A DNA stretch of 63,374 bases, counting the filler, from Reticulomyxa filosa (lineage: Eukaryota > Protista > Foraminifera), in assembly GCA_000512085.1 (NCBI GenBank). It is 16 parts of 16 records of this genome, joined end to end, with 100 filler letters (N's around TTAATTAATTAA, not from the genome) between each part and the next. Parts side by side here need not be neighbours in the genome. Positions count along the whole stretch, not along the records: positions 51,529 to 56,772 come from ASPP01000617.1; positions 56,873 to 62,073 come from ASPP01023743.1; positions 62,174 to 63,374 come from ASPP01035788.1; 13 more parts are not named here. The stretch is one strand, 5' to 3'. The notes under the pieces were generated by a model, which was not told where the DNA came from, did no database searches, and saw only the letters and a program-made list of their open reading frames with translations. The translations under genes were made by a program, and so were the position numbers. Positions 51,529 through 63,374 of the stretch are shown here, in pieces. Positions within the stretch are counted from its first letter, which is position 1, and every line of letters starts with the position of its first letter.

Positions 51529-53371
51529 CCATCATTATTATATTCTGCACAATCACGAATTAAAAATACAAATTTTATATCAGCCAATTGTCGACTTTGT
51601 TTATCTTTACTCAAATTAAGTTTATCATAAGCCCATAATATGACATCTAAACATTGAGCAAATGTTGCCACTACGCATAAAATTCAAAATAAATACTCGA
51701 CTACTCGCTAATGATCCCAAAATTATTTTATTATCTTTTTTGGTTCCACTATCAGCTTCTTTTTGATCAGAGATCTTTTCTGGTGCACCTACTCCTTCAG
51801 AATCAAATATCTTTGAAATAAAATCATCACTCATTCGACTTTGATCACCATCACAAAATTCAATTGGAATACCTGTTTCAAATAATCTCTTTGCAAAATC
51901 TGACACACAATTTTCAAAATATTCCAATTTATTTTTCAATTCCCGCTTTGGTGAATAAAATATATTGTCTGTACTCTTTGAATTTGCTTTCATTACTTTG
52001 CAGTCCTTTACTACCAGTGCGATTTGACATTTTGGTGCTTCATTCTTTCAATTACAAAATTTAAATACATTATTTAAAAAAAATTTTTTTTTTTTAATTA
52101 ATGAAAAATATAACTCCAAAACTTTTAATTTTTTTAGGAGTTCCTCCATTTCAGGACATTTATCGGGTTGAATACCAAACAAATCGTTTTTGGTTTTTTT
52201 GGCTTGAAATTGTGTTTTTGTAACTTGCAATACAATGCAATGACAAAACTTGGCTAATCTGACAATTGCATCAATTTTTGATATTTTATTATTTGTGCAA
52301 TGCAAAAAAAAAGGATCGTTGAGTTTTCCATGCACGTCAATCACATGATAATTGCATTTATGCTTTTCACCTAAAAATATCAAATCAACACATGAACTGT
52401 GTAATGTGTTTTTCATTTGTTGTGCACCGACATTAAATGGTTGTTCTTCAAATAATTGCATCAATAATGTCGATTTTCCTTTGCACTTATCACTACCAAC
52501 AAACATTACTAATGGTCGATTACGTGAAATCTCAGTTTGATATATACCATCGCTTAACATTATAAATTATTGGAATTGGAATCCATTGTTCTACAGCTGG
52601 TCCGAGAATTCGTTTGTGAGTTATCACGTCACTGATTTCTAACAAAAAAGTTATCAAATCACTGCAGCTGATTTGGACCTAAATAAATCCATTTAAAAAA
52701 ATAAATATAACTTATATAAATGTATATTCCCAGAGACAGATTTTGACATAACTTTGGGTTTTTTGGTCCCAAATCCAATTTAGTAAAAGTTTTTAATTCA
52801 ATACGACATTTTAATGCGTCGAGTAAAGAGTGTTGTACATCTTCACGTTGCAAGAATCCTCGACTCAATAAATTGTTTTTTTCTTCTTCCAACAATAATT
52901 TTGTCAAATCACCAAAATTTATCTTTTGATTGAAAATATTTTTTTTCTTCATTTTCATCGTCTTCGTCATTGTCATCTTCATCGTCCTCGTTGTCATCTT
53001 CCTCAACAATCAGCTCATCGTTCGACGACTTCTCTTTCTGTTATATTTTATAATATTTAAAAAAAAAAGTCATAAACACAACTCTGAAAACAAACCATTG
53101 ACTCCATTTCTTTGTGATCCACAATGGATGCCTCTCCAAGGCAACAAAGAGAAGAATCGTTTATTGAGATGTTCGACCGATGGTTCACACCGACCATATC
53201 CAATGTAATTTCGACAAATTGATTCAATACTTTTGCCACCCCTTCATTTGACTTGTCTGTGACAACATTAACTGTTGGCGCTGACGGGTCAATCTTCAAG
53301 TCTTCATCAGCCTTTGGCAATACTGTTGATGGTACATGGATCTTCCAACCCGAGAATACTTCAATTGACAT
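51529..53371 (-). pseudogene. VLIG/GVIN1 (URGCP)-like very large GTPase relic
   Basis: First P-loop-like domain PLVMFVGSDKCKGKSTLLMQLF...VIDVHG, then FETGIPIEFCDGD, DSEGVGAPE...KDNKI, LDVILWAY and FVFLIRD as in VLIG/GB1-RHD3 G domains. Several frameshifts, e.g. at about 51670, 52560 and 52930. Confidence 0.7.
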
Positions 53372-56300
53372 TCAATCTTTCGGAAATGTCTTTAAAATCG
53401 CTCAAAAAAAGTTAAACTTGGTTATCGAGTGTCTTTTTTTAAGGGGTTGGGATAGTGTGACGTTGTCTTTTGAAGTTGTACACAGCTCCAAACATATTAT
53501 GACTTTTATTGCACTTACACTTCACTAATTAATGTCTACATACAAAGTATTATACAATTTGAATACTTTTTTTAATAAAAGTATTTCATTTTTCAATACA
53601 ATATTCCATAATCAAAACTATTTTTCAAATGAAAGATTGGAAATACTTTATATTTGTTTTTATTCATTTTTTTGTCATTTATATTTAAAAATATCTACTG
53701 AAGTTAATGCAATGTATCTTAATGATGTAAATTGATTACTTCCTCAGTAATTTTGTGGTAAATAAGTGATGAAATAGATTTAAAAAAGAATTGTCGGATG
53801 GATGTATAAAATAAAAAAATACAAATTTCCTTTTACAAACATTACAATGCTATTACATTAAGTCTTGGAAAAATGGATTAAAAAAAGAATTGGTTTATCA
53901 TGTTCTTCGAGGTATTGTGGCTCCAATATTTTTAATTTTTCACCTTTCATTGAAAAAGACAACATCACATTGAGCGAAAGAATAGAATTGACTGTATCTT
54001 TAAAAAAACAGTTACTACTGCTGACAGCCTTACTATATTTCTTTTTTTCCAATATTTGATAGTATAGTAGCTACACTGATTGAATATTGTGGGCATTGTT
54101 TGTGCTGGAATTGGCACAAGAGACAACTAAATTACGAAAAAACCACCAAAATAGTAATTATAAAATATTTAGATCTACTCTATAAACAATGCACATAATA
54201 TGTTCAAATAAAATTGTTACACAATACTCGGAGGCTAGACGGTAAGTTATTTATACCCACTGATTGGGTACATATCTCTATATCACATATATGCGTTATA
54301 TTTTCGGTATATTGGGTTGGGTCAAATGATGAATACTGTCTATTGGGGATCGACACCTCAGTGTCACATAATGAAAAAAATTATCTTTTTTTCTTTTTTT
54401 CCATTTTAATCTTTTTTTTATCATTTTTACACATTGCTATTTTTTAATTTTTTTTTTTCTTTACAAATTTTTTTTTTCATTTTTTAAAATTTTCTCATTC
54501 TTCTTTCATTTTTTTCTTTTTTCAAATAAAATTTTCATATTAACTTTTTTCCTATTTTTCCCCCTTTTTTCAACTCAATTTTTCCCTCCATTTTCCTTAT
54601 ATCAAATAAAATAAAAAATAAAAACTTTTGCTTGGAGCTAAAGGCTCTACTTCCAACCTTTCTATTTTTTTTCTTTTGCAGTTAGATGTGCAAACATTTT
54701 TTTTGTGGGGGTATGCATATTCAAAGACACAAACAGTCGTTTTGTAAATAAAACAAAATAAATATAAATGGAAACCTTTTCATTTTTTCTTCGACACGGG
54801 GTGGCTTCAACCCTGAAATTTTCTTTAGAGTGATAACATATATTTTTTTTTGACAGGGCTGCGTCTGTAATGAAAAAAACACACAAAATTGATTATGTCA
54901 AAAAAAAAATAGATATAACAAACCATAATTTCTCCTTACGGAGACAGGGCGCCTTACCCCATTTTCTTTTTTTTTTTGTTGAAGGATGCACAGCATCCGA
55001 ATAGAAAAACCATTTTTTTTTAAAGTGAACGACTGTCGAAAAGAACAAAACCACTTTTTTAAGTTGAGAAATTATTTTAAAAAAAACCAAAAAAGACATA
55101 CCAGTTAAAGAGGGTGCAATCACCCTAATGACGAGCTGTTACGATAGACAGACAACAAAAAAAAGGTCTTTTTTTTTGTTAAGACTTAATGCACAACTCA
55201 TAAATGTTTACAAAAAAGATGTAAATTTGTAATTTTTTTTGAATATTTTGACATTTTTGGCAAAAATTTGAAAAAAAGAATTGTTAAAATTTTTGTATAG
55301 TATTTCTATAATGGTGATTCCAAAAAATGGGTTACTTACAGATAATTGAAAATCAAAATTGTTTTTGGAAGGAGTCACTATTTTTCCTTGAGTAATGATT
55401 TTTCTACTGAAGAGAAAAACTTTTCCTGTTTTAGAAAAAACTCTCTTGGACATTACGAACGCGGTTTTAGCTATTCTCTCTTTAAACGACATAACAATCC
55501 AACGTAGACAACATGGAGAGCTTCTTCAACAATGTATTCCTCTGCAAAGTGCAATAGCTGCCGAAAAAGAAAGAGAACAATCAGTGTAAACCCAAGCCAT
55601 CCAATATAACAACACCATTCGGAGAAAAAGGGCTGTCATCACGGCCCAAGCAAATACGCTTGCCTATTATGGTCTCTCCTGACATTGGCAACAGGCAAGT
55701 TGACGTTGTAAATCTATCTTCACAGTCAAGAAAGGACATCAAACTTTTTGCTGTTTCATTCAATCTGTTTAGCGACATCATGTTTTTAGTATTTTTTTAT
55801 CACTTTATTGTGACCAATCTCATTTTGAAACATTTGAAATCTAATATTTTAATACATTGACTATCCAGAACATTTGTCATCTTATAAAAAAGGATTTTGA
55901 AGAACAATGCATAAAAAGTTGGCAATGAGTCAATTTGGAGTGAAATTGAAAAGTTCTTCTTTTTTGGAGTTATCATCAATGGGAAAAATATCTGATACAG
56001 AATACAAGAAAATAGAGGAAAAATCACAGGTAAATGTATAATCAACCCAATGATAAATCTTCAGTAGCACTAAAATCGACTTGCTGCCATTGCAACAAAA
56101 ACATTTAGACAAAATTATAATTTCTGAAAATTTCAGGGGTGGGAATCGGATTAACAACATAATCTTTTTTTTGTGCAGATGACAACGTAGTCGCTAAGGG
56201 GGAAATAACGTATACAATAACATATCAAAAACACATCTTTTTTTAAAGACCTGATCTTTATCAAAAAAATACAATTAAAAAAAAAAGGACTCTCACATAG

Positions 56301-56946
56301 AATTCTCAACAGTGAAAAGAAGTAAACTTAATGAACAGAAAGATATAGTACTACAATTGCAACAAGTGACGGATACGCTACAGCGACGGTGTTATTTTTT
56401 TAAACATACGTACATGTTGAATCGTATACCGATTTTTGACAGCTTAAAAAAAATCAATTTTTTGCAGATATGATCAAATACATGGGGAAGACGACAGGTT
56501 CGGCATTCATTGAACGAATTCAACCTCACCATCAATGATAACAACTAGTTTACCGCCATTGCTTGTTATAAGGGAAACAATTGTCAAACGACAACAACAG
56601 CGGAGAATTATTCTTGAAATGGGCGCCTGTGTTTTGATGAACGATAAAATCACGGGTAAGTCTCAGCTTTTTTCTTTTCATCTGAATATTTTGTCAGTTT
56701 TAGGCGTTCCAAATTTGGGTGTATCCAAAAAAAAAAATATTCACATTGGACAAACCAACGTGTAGATGCGCCNNNNNNNNNNNNNNNNNNNNNNNNNNNN
56801 NNNNNNNNNNNNNNNNTTAATTAATTAANNNNNNNNNNNNNNNNNNNNNNNNNNNNNNNNNNNNNNNNNNNNACACACACACACACACACACACACAGCA
56901 ATTAAACAAACAAACAAAAAACAGAATGTAAATAAAATCGATGCAG

Positions 56947-57429
56947 AGACGTTATTTGTGTCGAGCATTTGCATGAATTACAATTGGAATGACCATTGCC
57001 AGGCCGTCAACTGCTGCAAAAAGCACTTGTGCTCAGGCTGCGGGCAGCATCATCCTGCACGCTTATGCAAAGAGTGTTGTGTGTCATTCAATTGGACAAA
57101 ATGTCAAAAATACTGTCCTGATGGAAAAAAGTTTAATTTTTTTTTTTTTTATTTGTTTGATACTTTCAATTTCAGTATTCAATGCTCACACTTTTTTTTT
57201 TTTTTTTTGAATAGTCATCATTGTTTGGCGTGCGGCTCAAAACGTCATGCTGCCTGGAAGTGCTCTCATTTATCTCATTTTGTCAAGGATCGCTATCGTT
57301 ACATTTATAAATGCCGGAAAATTAAAAGGGGTTTTTTTTGCTGCAGAGTCCAACAAAGAAGCGAACAAATCGATTCGCAGACAAATTGACGGTAGCAGAC
57401 AAATCATAGCATTTGGAAGAAAAAAGTAA
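56947..57429 (+). CDS. Tandem CCCH + CCHC zinc-finger protein, 3' exons
   Basis: CMNYNWNDHCQAVNCCKKHLCSGCGQHHPARLC, then CVSFNWTKCQKYCPDG|HHCLACGSKRHAAWKC, split by poly-T introns. Confidence 0.6.
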
Positions 57430-58428
57430 TAAGGGTAGCAATGTCTTCTCTCTTCCTCTAAGTATGTCACAATTTCGTCCATGGACCTCAATATCATCTT
57501 AATTAATTAATAAACAAACAAAATCTCAAATGCAAATCGAAATTCCACCTGTCAGGGACAAATGTCTTCTTGCTTTGTAACTGTCTCGTAAGGATCCAAC
57601 CTGTTGTTTTTCTTTGTTATGTGTTTTGGTGTTTGTCCTTGTTTTGTGTTGTTTGTTTTTCCCTCCCTCTTTTTTTTTTGTTACATGCAATCCAGTGCAG
57701 CTTCAGATATCTGAGTTATTCAAGAGAAGGGGGGGAAAACACGTGTTTGGAGTTTTCTTATGTCCAATGTGTTGTTTTTTTTAAGAAACAATTGAAAGAA
57801 GCTTTGGTTATATTTTTTCTTTGTCCTCTCTTATTTTTTTTAAAGAAGACAACAACGACAAACTCATTTTGATATTAATCAGGTTGGTTATTTTGTTTGT
57901 TTTCTTCCAGTGTTCCTGTTTCTTCTTTTGTTGTTAAATGTTGAACGTGTGACAAAAGACAGCTTTGAAGTGTTTTTAGAGTGTATTTATCCGTTAGATG
58001 GATACTGTTTTGTGCCTGAAAAGTATTTGACTTGGAATGTAAAAACTTTTTTTTATTATTATTGAGATTGTGTTTTAGAACAACTTTTTTTTTTCTCACA
58101 TCGGTTATATTGTTCCGTCACCGAGACTGCACTGTCTGAAACCAGTTGGAAAAAAGATCCAAATTTGAAACGTGGCTGAGATTTTTATTTCTTTAGTCTT
58201 TTTCATTTGTTTGATGACATCTTCAAAACGTATTAAACAACGCCAATTTATTTAAAAAAAACGTTTGAATTACAATATTTTGAACTTGTTTAAAATATTT
58301 TTTATCTTTTGTGAAATTTTTTTAGAGTTACTCCGCAGCAAACAGAATTAAAAAAAACAGTTTCATCAGAGACTACTTTGGATGTAAAAAAATCAAACAA
58401 AAACCCAAAAAGAGTAGTTTCTTGTTTG

Positions 58429-59473
58429 TTAAGAGTTATTTGGAACATTTTCGTTTCTTTTGCGAATAGAACCTCTCACATATAAATTTTGAGAGGATTT
58501 AGTTTCCACTGCAATGGCTTCGTTTGTTCTGCACTGAACAAACGTAGCCGGAATAGCATTATCGGAAGTAGGAAAATTTGATGGAGTGCCCTTTGCTTGC
58601 TGTTGCTTTTCAATTTGCTTTTCATACACTTTGCACAGTTTTTCCAGTTTTTTAGAATGTTCAATTTGTTGCCTGACTTTGGGAAGGAGCTGTTGGATTT
58701 GGCGACGATTGTTTTCTTCGTTCGTTTTAAGTTGGGCTATGGTATTTTCAAGCATTGTAATTTGAGTTCGGTTATTGGTGGTGGGCAACAATCGATTGCC
58801 TTTATCCAAGTAATCAGTCGAAGAAGCAATGTCACTGGAAGAGCGCAAGGAGCGAGGCCCAAAAGATTGTATTTGATCATGCAATTGCGATATTGCTTTA
58901 TTCATCTGTTCATAATGCGATCTTAACTTATCAAGGCAATCTGTTTTTTCGTTTTGAAGGCCGTCTAAGCGCTACCACATGCATATACGCATAACATGCA
59001 CATACATGATACCAGCATCCGTATATATTGTGTAAGCAAACGTAAATCACATACGTATATGTATGTATTACTGTTTTTTGTGGCATATTTTTTATTTGTT
59101 TGAAATACAAATTCGACCAGTTGCAAAAAAAAAAAAAAAAAAAAAAAGAAGCCATCAAACTTGCTGTAATAATTGGGTTTGTCTTTTCAGCAGGCTGGTA
59201 TTGTCATCAGTGGCTGATGGTTTCGTTGTTGAATGGTTACCATTGCTATTGTTATCAGTCGAGCTGTCGGTAGCAATGACAAGCGGGGCATTGCTTTGAG
59301 CCAGAGTCTTTTGATCTGTGGAAAAGTTTTTTGTTTTGACCTTGTGTCATTGTTATAAAAATCTTCATCGACAAAAATGGTTGTATTTCCGATCAGCGAT
59401 GGATGAGCATCGTGTCCATTTTGATTTGAAATCCAAACATTTTCATTCATTAAATTAGATGTGTTGTTACCCC

Positions 59474-59506
<33 letters not shown>

Positions 59507-60198
59507 CATTGTTATTATTATTGTCTTGTGTGAGATTTTGTTGTCTGTTGACATTGGAATGAACAACACACAATGGTAAAATGGTCTCTTGCATCGATTG
59601 TTTCATCTGTTTTAATACTTGTCGCATTTGCTTTTGATACATGTTATCTGTTGCTTCGTCTAACATTTGTTTGCTCAAATCATTTTGATTGGTTGACTTT
59701 GATACCATATTTATGTGCTTGTTGTCTTTCGTTGTTGTTTTTGATGATGCTGTTGTCGCCGTTGTCAATGTCACATTTGTTATATCTTTCACATAAATAT
59801 ATTCGTTTTCATCAATACTTTGACGTACTGCCGTGTCAAATCCCAAAATTTGTTTCAGATGCAACGCTCGATTACTATGGTAATTTATTAATATTTGCAA
59901 TGCCTTATTCGCCTCTCTGTGACTACTTAGTTTTAGACTCTCTTTGAAATATTCACTTGCTTCCAAGTGTTTGTTAATGGCGCTTCTCCAGTGTTCTTGC
60001 TTTTCCAAATTCGCTGCCTGTTTTGCACTTAAGTGTCCCTTTTGTTTTTTATTTTTTTTGCAAACGTCGTATGCTGTGTCCGTCTATTCTGTTCTATCTT
60101 CTCCACTTGTTATATCTCTTTCATTTTGATAGAACAGAAGGCTTTTTAACTTTAGCCAAAGAAGATATTTCCTCTTCATCATCTTTATTCTCGTTCAT
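58429..60198 (-). CDS. MIT-domain + coiled-coil protein, NRBF2/Atg38-like (multi-exon)
   Basis: SLAK|GHLSAKQAANLEKQEHWRSAINKHLEASEYFKESLKL...KALQILINYHSNRA resembles the NRBF2 MIT domain. An Asn-rich linker and a C-terminal coiled coil follow. The junction near 59320 is unresolved. Confidence 0.6.
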
Positions 60199-60531
60199 GA
60201 CAAAGCTTTTTTTGTTTATTTTGTTAAAGAGGGACGTTTGAAACTTTTACTGAATAAAATGATTGAAGGAGAAGTACTCCAAAAGATATTAAACATACAT
60301 TTTATCTATGCAGTTATATCTCTTGAAAGCAAAACGTTGCCAAGACCCGATTAACATTGGAATGTTCTGTGCATTGGATGTACAGGCCTTTGCAAAAAAG
60401 CCTGAATAGGATGAAACAAAATAATCATACAAGCGAAAGCGTCATAATAATAAGTTCTTTGTAATGTTGACAAAAACGGGCCAGTGAACTTATTTGTATA
60501 TTATAATAAATATTTAGTAAATCGTATAATA

Positions 60532-61980
60532 ATGAAGCCAGCCAAATTAACTAAACAAATATCAAAATATGAAGTACGAGAAATGATGAATTTATTCAAG
60601 GAATTTGATTTTGAGAGTTAGATTGTGTTAGGTTTTTTTCTTTCGGTCACTGCAAGTGGATTTCTCAAGAAACAGGTTATATGGGGGGGGGGTGACGGGG
60701 AAAAAAAAGAAATGGGGACCTGGATGAAGATGAATTTGTAAGGGGTTTGCAAACTGTGCGTGCGAACGTGCCTCGAGAGGAAGCAGTGCGATTGTTCAGA
60801 AAGATGGACGTTGAGAGTTAGTAACCAAATTTAAACAAAGCGTAGTTATTTTTTTTTTTTTTTTTTTTTAATTAAAGGGAAAAAAAAAAAAATTTTCCTA
60901 CATATTGCATATACACCTGGAACTCTCCCCTCCTCCTCAGACAGTGGATATGTGGACAAGAAGACATTTTTGAAATGGCTAAAAGACGAAACAAATCATG
61001 AAGAGGTAACAAAACTCGGCCAGAACATCCGAGAGGGATTGCAAATAGGCGATTCTGGAGATGAGTCTCATCATTATACGGAAGATGAAGTTAACTTTTT
61101 GATCGAACAATATACATATGTATATATACATATATATATATATGTATATACGTATATGCATGTATATTGAATATAATGCATATTAAACTATGCTGTGTAA
61201 ATGTATGAACGTGTGGACACATAAAAAAAAACAAAAAAAAAACAGACAGACGATTCAGAAATGGTGTTGTCACCCAATCCTCCGAGCGAAAGTGATGCGA
61301 GCCCGTATGTGGGCAAAAAAATAGTCAAGATTGACGAAAAAAAGCCGCTTGTGGGCACATCAAACAAAGCCGCATTGACGACGGCCAAGCCGTACGATCA
61401 AAGCAGAGACACGGAGGAAGAGAGAGATATAGAAAACGAACTTGCCCAAGCTAAAGCCTCACAATTTCGAAGAGTGGTTTAGTCATTTTTTTTTTCCCCC
61501 CTTTTTTTTTGTTTTAAAAAAAAAGTGCAAAGGGTTGAAAAATAGTCGAGAATCGCAGAGGGAAGGAAAGTGATTCGCAATGAAGATATAGCAAACGACA
61601 AGTGGACAAAAGAAGATATTGATGATATGCAAGATGAAATGAAAAAAGAATTGAAGCGATTGGCCAACCAAGTTATGCATATACATATACATACACATAC
61701 ACATACATATGTTATAAAGAAAGACCGCAAGAACAAAACATGGGAAAGAAGACAATAACAAATGTGATTGTTTTGATATAAAAAAAAAAAAAAAAGGAGA
61801 GTAACAAGGGCAGCAGCAATGAGGCTTTGCTGATGCTGCAAAGCAATGGCGTAGTGGACTCGCAAACTATGGACGACGATGATAACCGGACTGTGATTGA
61901 AAATATCAGCGGCCTGTCTGAAAAGCAACGGTCGGTGGACATGCTCAGCGATCCGTTGTCGGGACGCCTCTCTCGTGGTT
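60532..61980 (+). CDS. EF-hand calcium-binding protein, multi-exon, 3' partial
   Basis: MKPAKL...LFKEFDFE|xNGDLDEDEF...LFRKMDVE|xSGYVDKKTF: two EF-hand loops, each split by an intron, followed by further short exons. Confidence 0.75.
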
Positions 61981-62035
61981 AGGAACAATCAAAAGTTTTT
62001 TTGCCAAAGGGGAAGAAAGGGGGTTAAAAAAAAAT

Positions 62036-62073
<38 letters not shown>

Positions 62074-62173
62074 NNNNNNNNNNNNNNNNNNNNNNNNNNN
62101 NNNNNNNNNNNNNNNNNTTAATTAATTAANNNNNNNNNNNNNNNNNNNNNNNNNNNNNNNNNNNNNNNNNNNN

Positions 62174-63374
62174 TTTTCGAATGTCTGAATGGATTAAAAG
62201 ATGAAAATGAATGTATTCGTGCATTATGTAAACAATCACTTGAAACCATTTCAACAAAATTGAATGATAAACAATTGGATAGAGTTTTCAGTGCTTTCAT
62301 TCATGGGTTAAAATATTCAAATGAATGGAATTGTGGATCATGTGCAAAAGGACTTCAAGTAATTTCAGAGAAATTGAATGATGGAAAATGCAATTAATAC
62401 TTTGATCGATGGACTCAAAAATAAATATGAAGATGTTCGTGAATCATATGCAAAATCACTTGGAGTAATTTCAGAGAAATTGAATGAGAAACAACTGGAA
62501 AATGTAATTAATACTTTGATCGATGGACTCAAAGATAAAGATAAAAGTGTTCGTGAATCATATGCAAAATCACTTGGAGTAATTTCAACGAATTTGACTG
62601 ATAAACAACTGGAAGGAGTTTTCAATGCTTTGCCAAATGATCTGGAATATGATTACTTTAACTCATATTCCAAAGCACTTGAAGAAATTTCAACGAAATG
62701 GAATGACAAACAATCGGAGAGGGTTTTCAACGCTTTGATATTTCTTTCCAAACATTCGATGGATGCAAACAACAACAAACATAAAGATAAATTATTAGTG
62801 CAATCACTTAAATTAATATCAACGAAATTGAATGACAAACAATTGTATTTATTGGTGATACATTTGTTGGAAAGAGCGAAAAAAAAATGTTCATGGGGTG
62901 CATTATCAAAAATATCTGAAGATATGTGGAAACGTGCAACAATTGGTGGATTGAAAGAAAATATCAAAATGAAACATGAAAACACATTGATGAACAAACA
63001 GAATTCAAATAATGATGCAGACGTTCAATTATTGGTAGTTGGTTTGATGACAGTCAACCCTCGTATTCAATTGAGTTGTAATGATGATAATATCAATTTC
63101 GATGCTTTGAATGAGTTAATCAGATACTGTAATGTACAAGTCATCGAATGGACATTCCCAACTAATCAATCAACGTGGAATAATAGTATTGGGGATATTG
63201 AATATCCTTGTTTGAATAATGAAATTGAACAAGTTTATAATGATGAGAACGCATTCAAAGGACGTTACACTGTTGTTCATGAAGCAGCAAGATCAGGAGA
63301 CTTGTCAAAATTCAAATTGATATTGCAAAATCATCGTGATATTGATATAAATGATTCATGTAATGAACATCGAC
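62174..63374 (+). pseudogene. HEAT-repeat (38-aa units) + ankyrin gene fragment with one 8-nt frameshifting deletion
   Basis: Plus-strand reading LENVINTLIDGLKDKDKSVRESYAKSLGVIS is repeated. GTAATTTCA anchors at 62359, 62465 and 62579 give spacings of 106 and 114, so 8 nt are lost at about 62381. The fragment ends in the ankyrin-like TVVHEAARSGDLSKFKLIL...DIND. Confidence 0.8.

Noticed and set aside
54325-54345. C/D snoRNA suggested by an ATGATGA box C
   Set aside because: I found no suitably placed CTGA box D or terminal stem.
55510-56772. Exon-like GC-richer segments on the plus strand
   Set aside because: Several stops and no family recognised. Possibly a pseudogene, but I cannot support a call.
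2020-62173. Regularly recurring TTAATTAATTAA flanked by Ns as a biological repeat
   Set aside because: It is an identical 100-nt artificial linker with six-frame stops. Genes on opposite sides of it are not linked.
62118-62997. Minus-strand ORFs in the ORF track
   Set aside because: They are antisense shadows of the plus-strand HEAT-repeat frame.

Overview
This is not one locus. It is 16 short, unlinked eukaryotic contigs joined by 15 artificial 100-nt linkers (N44-TTAATTAATTAA-N44). The DNA is AT-rich, with short GT-AG introns full of poly-A/T and (TA)n or (TATG)n tracts and many decayed paralogs. The gene families (Kelch/WD40 with an 'IKLGWID' linker, caspase-like proteases, HEAT-ankyrin, TRAF-type RING) point, by inference, to a foraminiferan such as Reticulomyxa filosa. 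Recognisable housekeeping genes are an HSPA12-like Hsp70, prenylcysteine oxidase, a HAD phosphatase, an ADF-H/coactosin-like protein, the ovothiol synthase OvoA, a type I DnaJ with a CAAX box, a PPR protein, an NRBF2-like MIT protein and an EF-hand protein. The most interesting signal is a candidate immune or cell-death-like toolkit. It comprises: (i) a PB1-like + caspase-like protease with an intact His/Cys dyad and six tandem 15-bp repeats encoding [KE]VxD[SG] in its inter-subunit linker; (ii) two tandem PB1-like + catalytically dead caspase-like + variable-copy TPR genes; (iii) on the same contig, a STAND-type WD40 remnant, a Kelch-WD40 fusion and a large Cys-rich ectodomain fused to an XK-related scramblase-like domain; (iv) on other contigs, a VLIG-like GTPase relic missing its P-loop and a TRAF-type RING relic. 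All family calls come from motif recognition by eye, with no searches run, so exon boundaries and weaker calls need checking.
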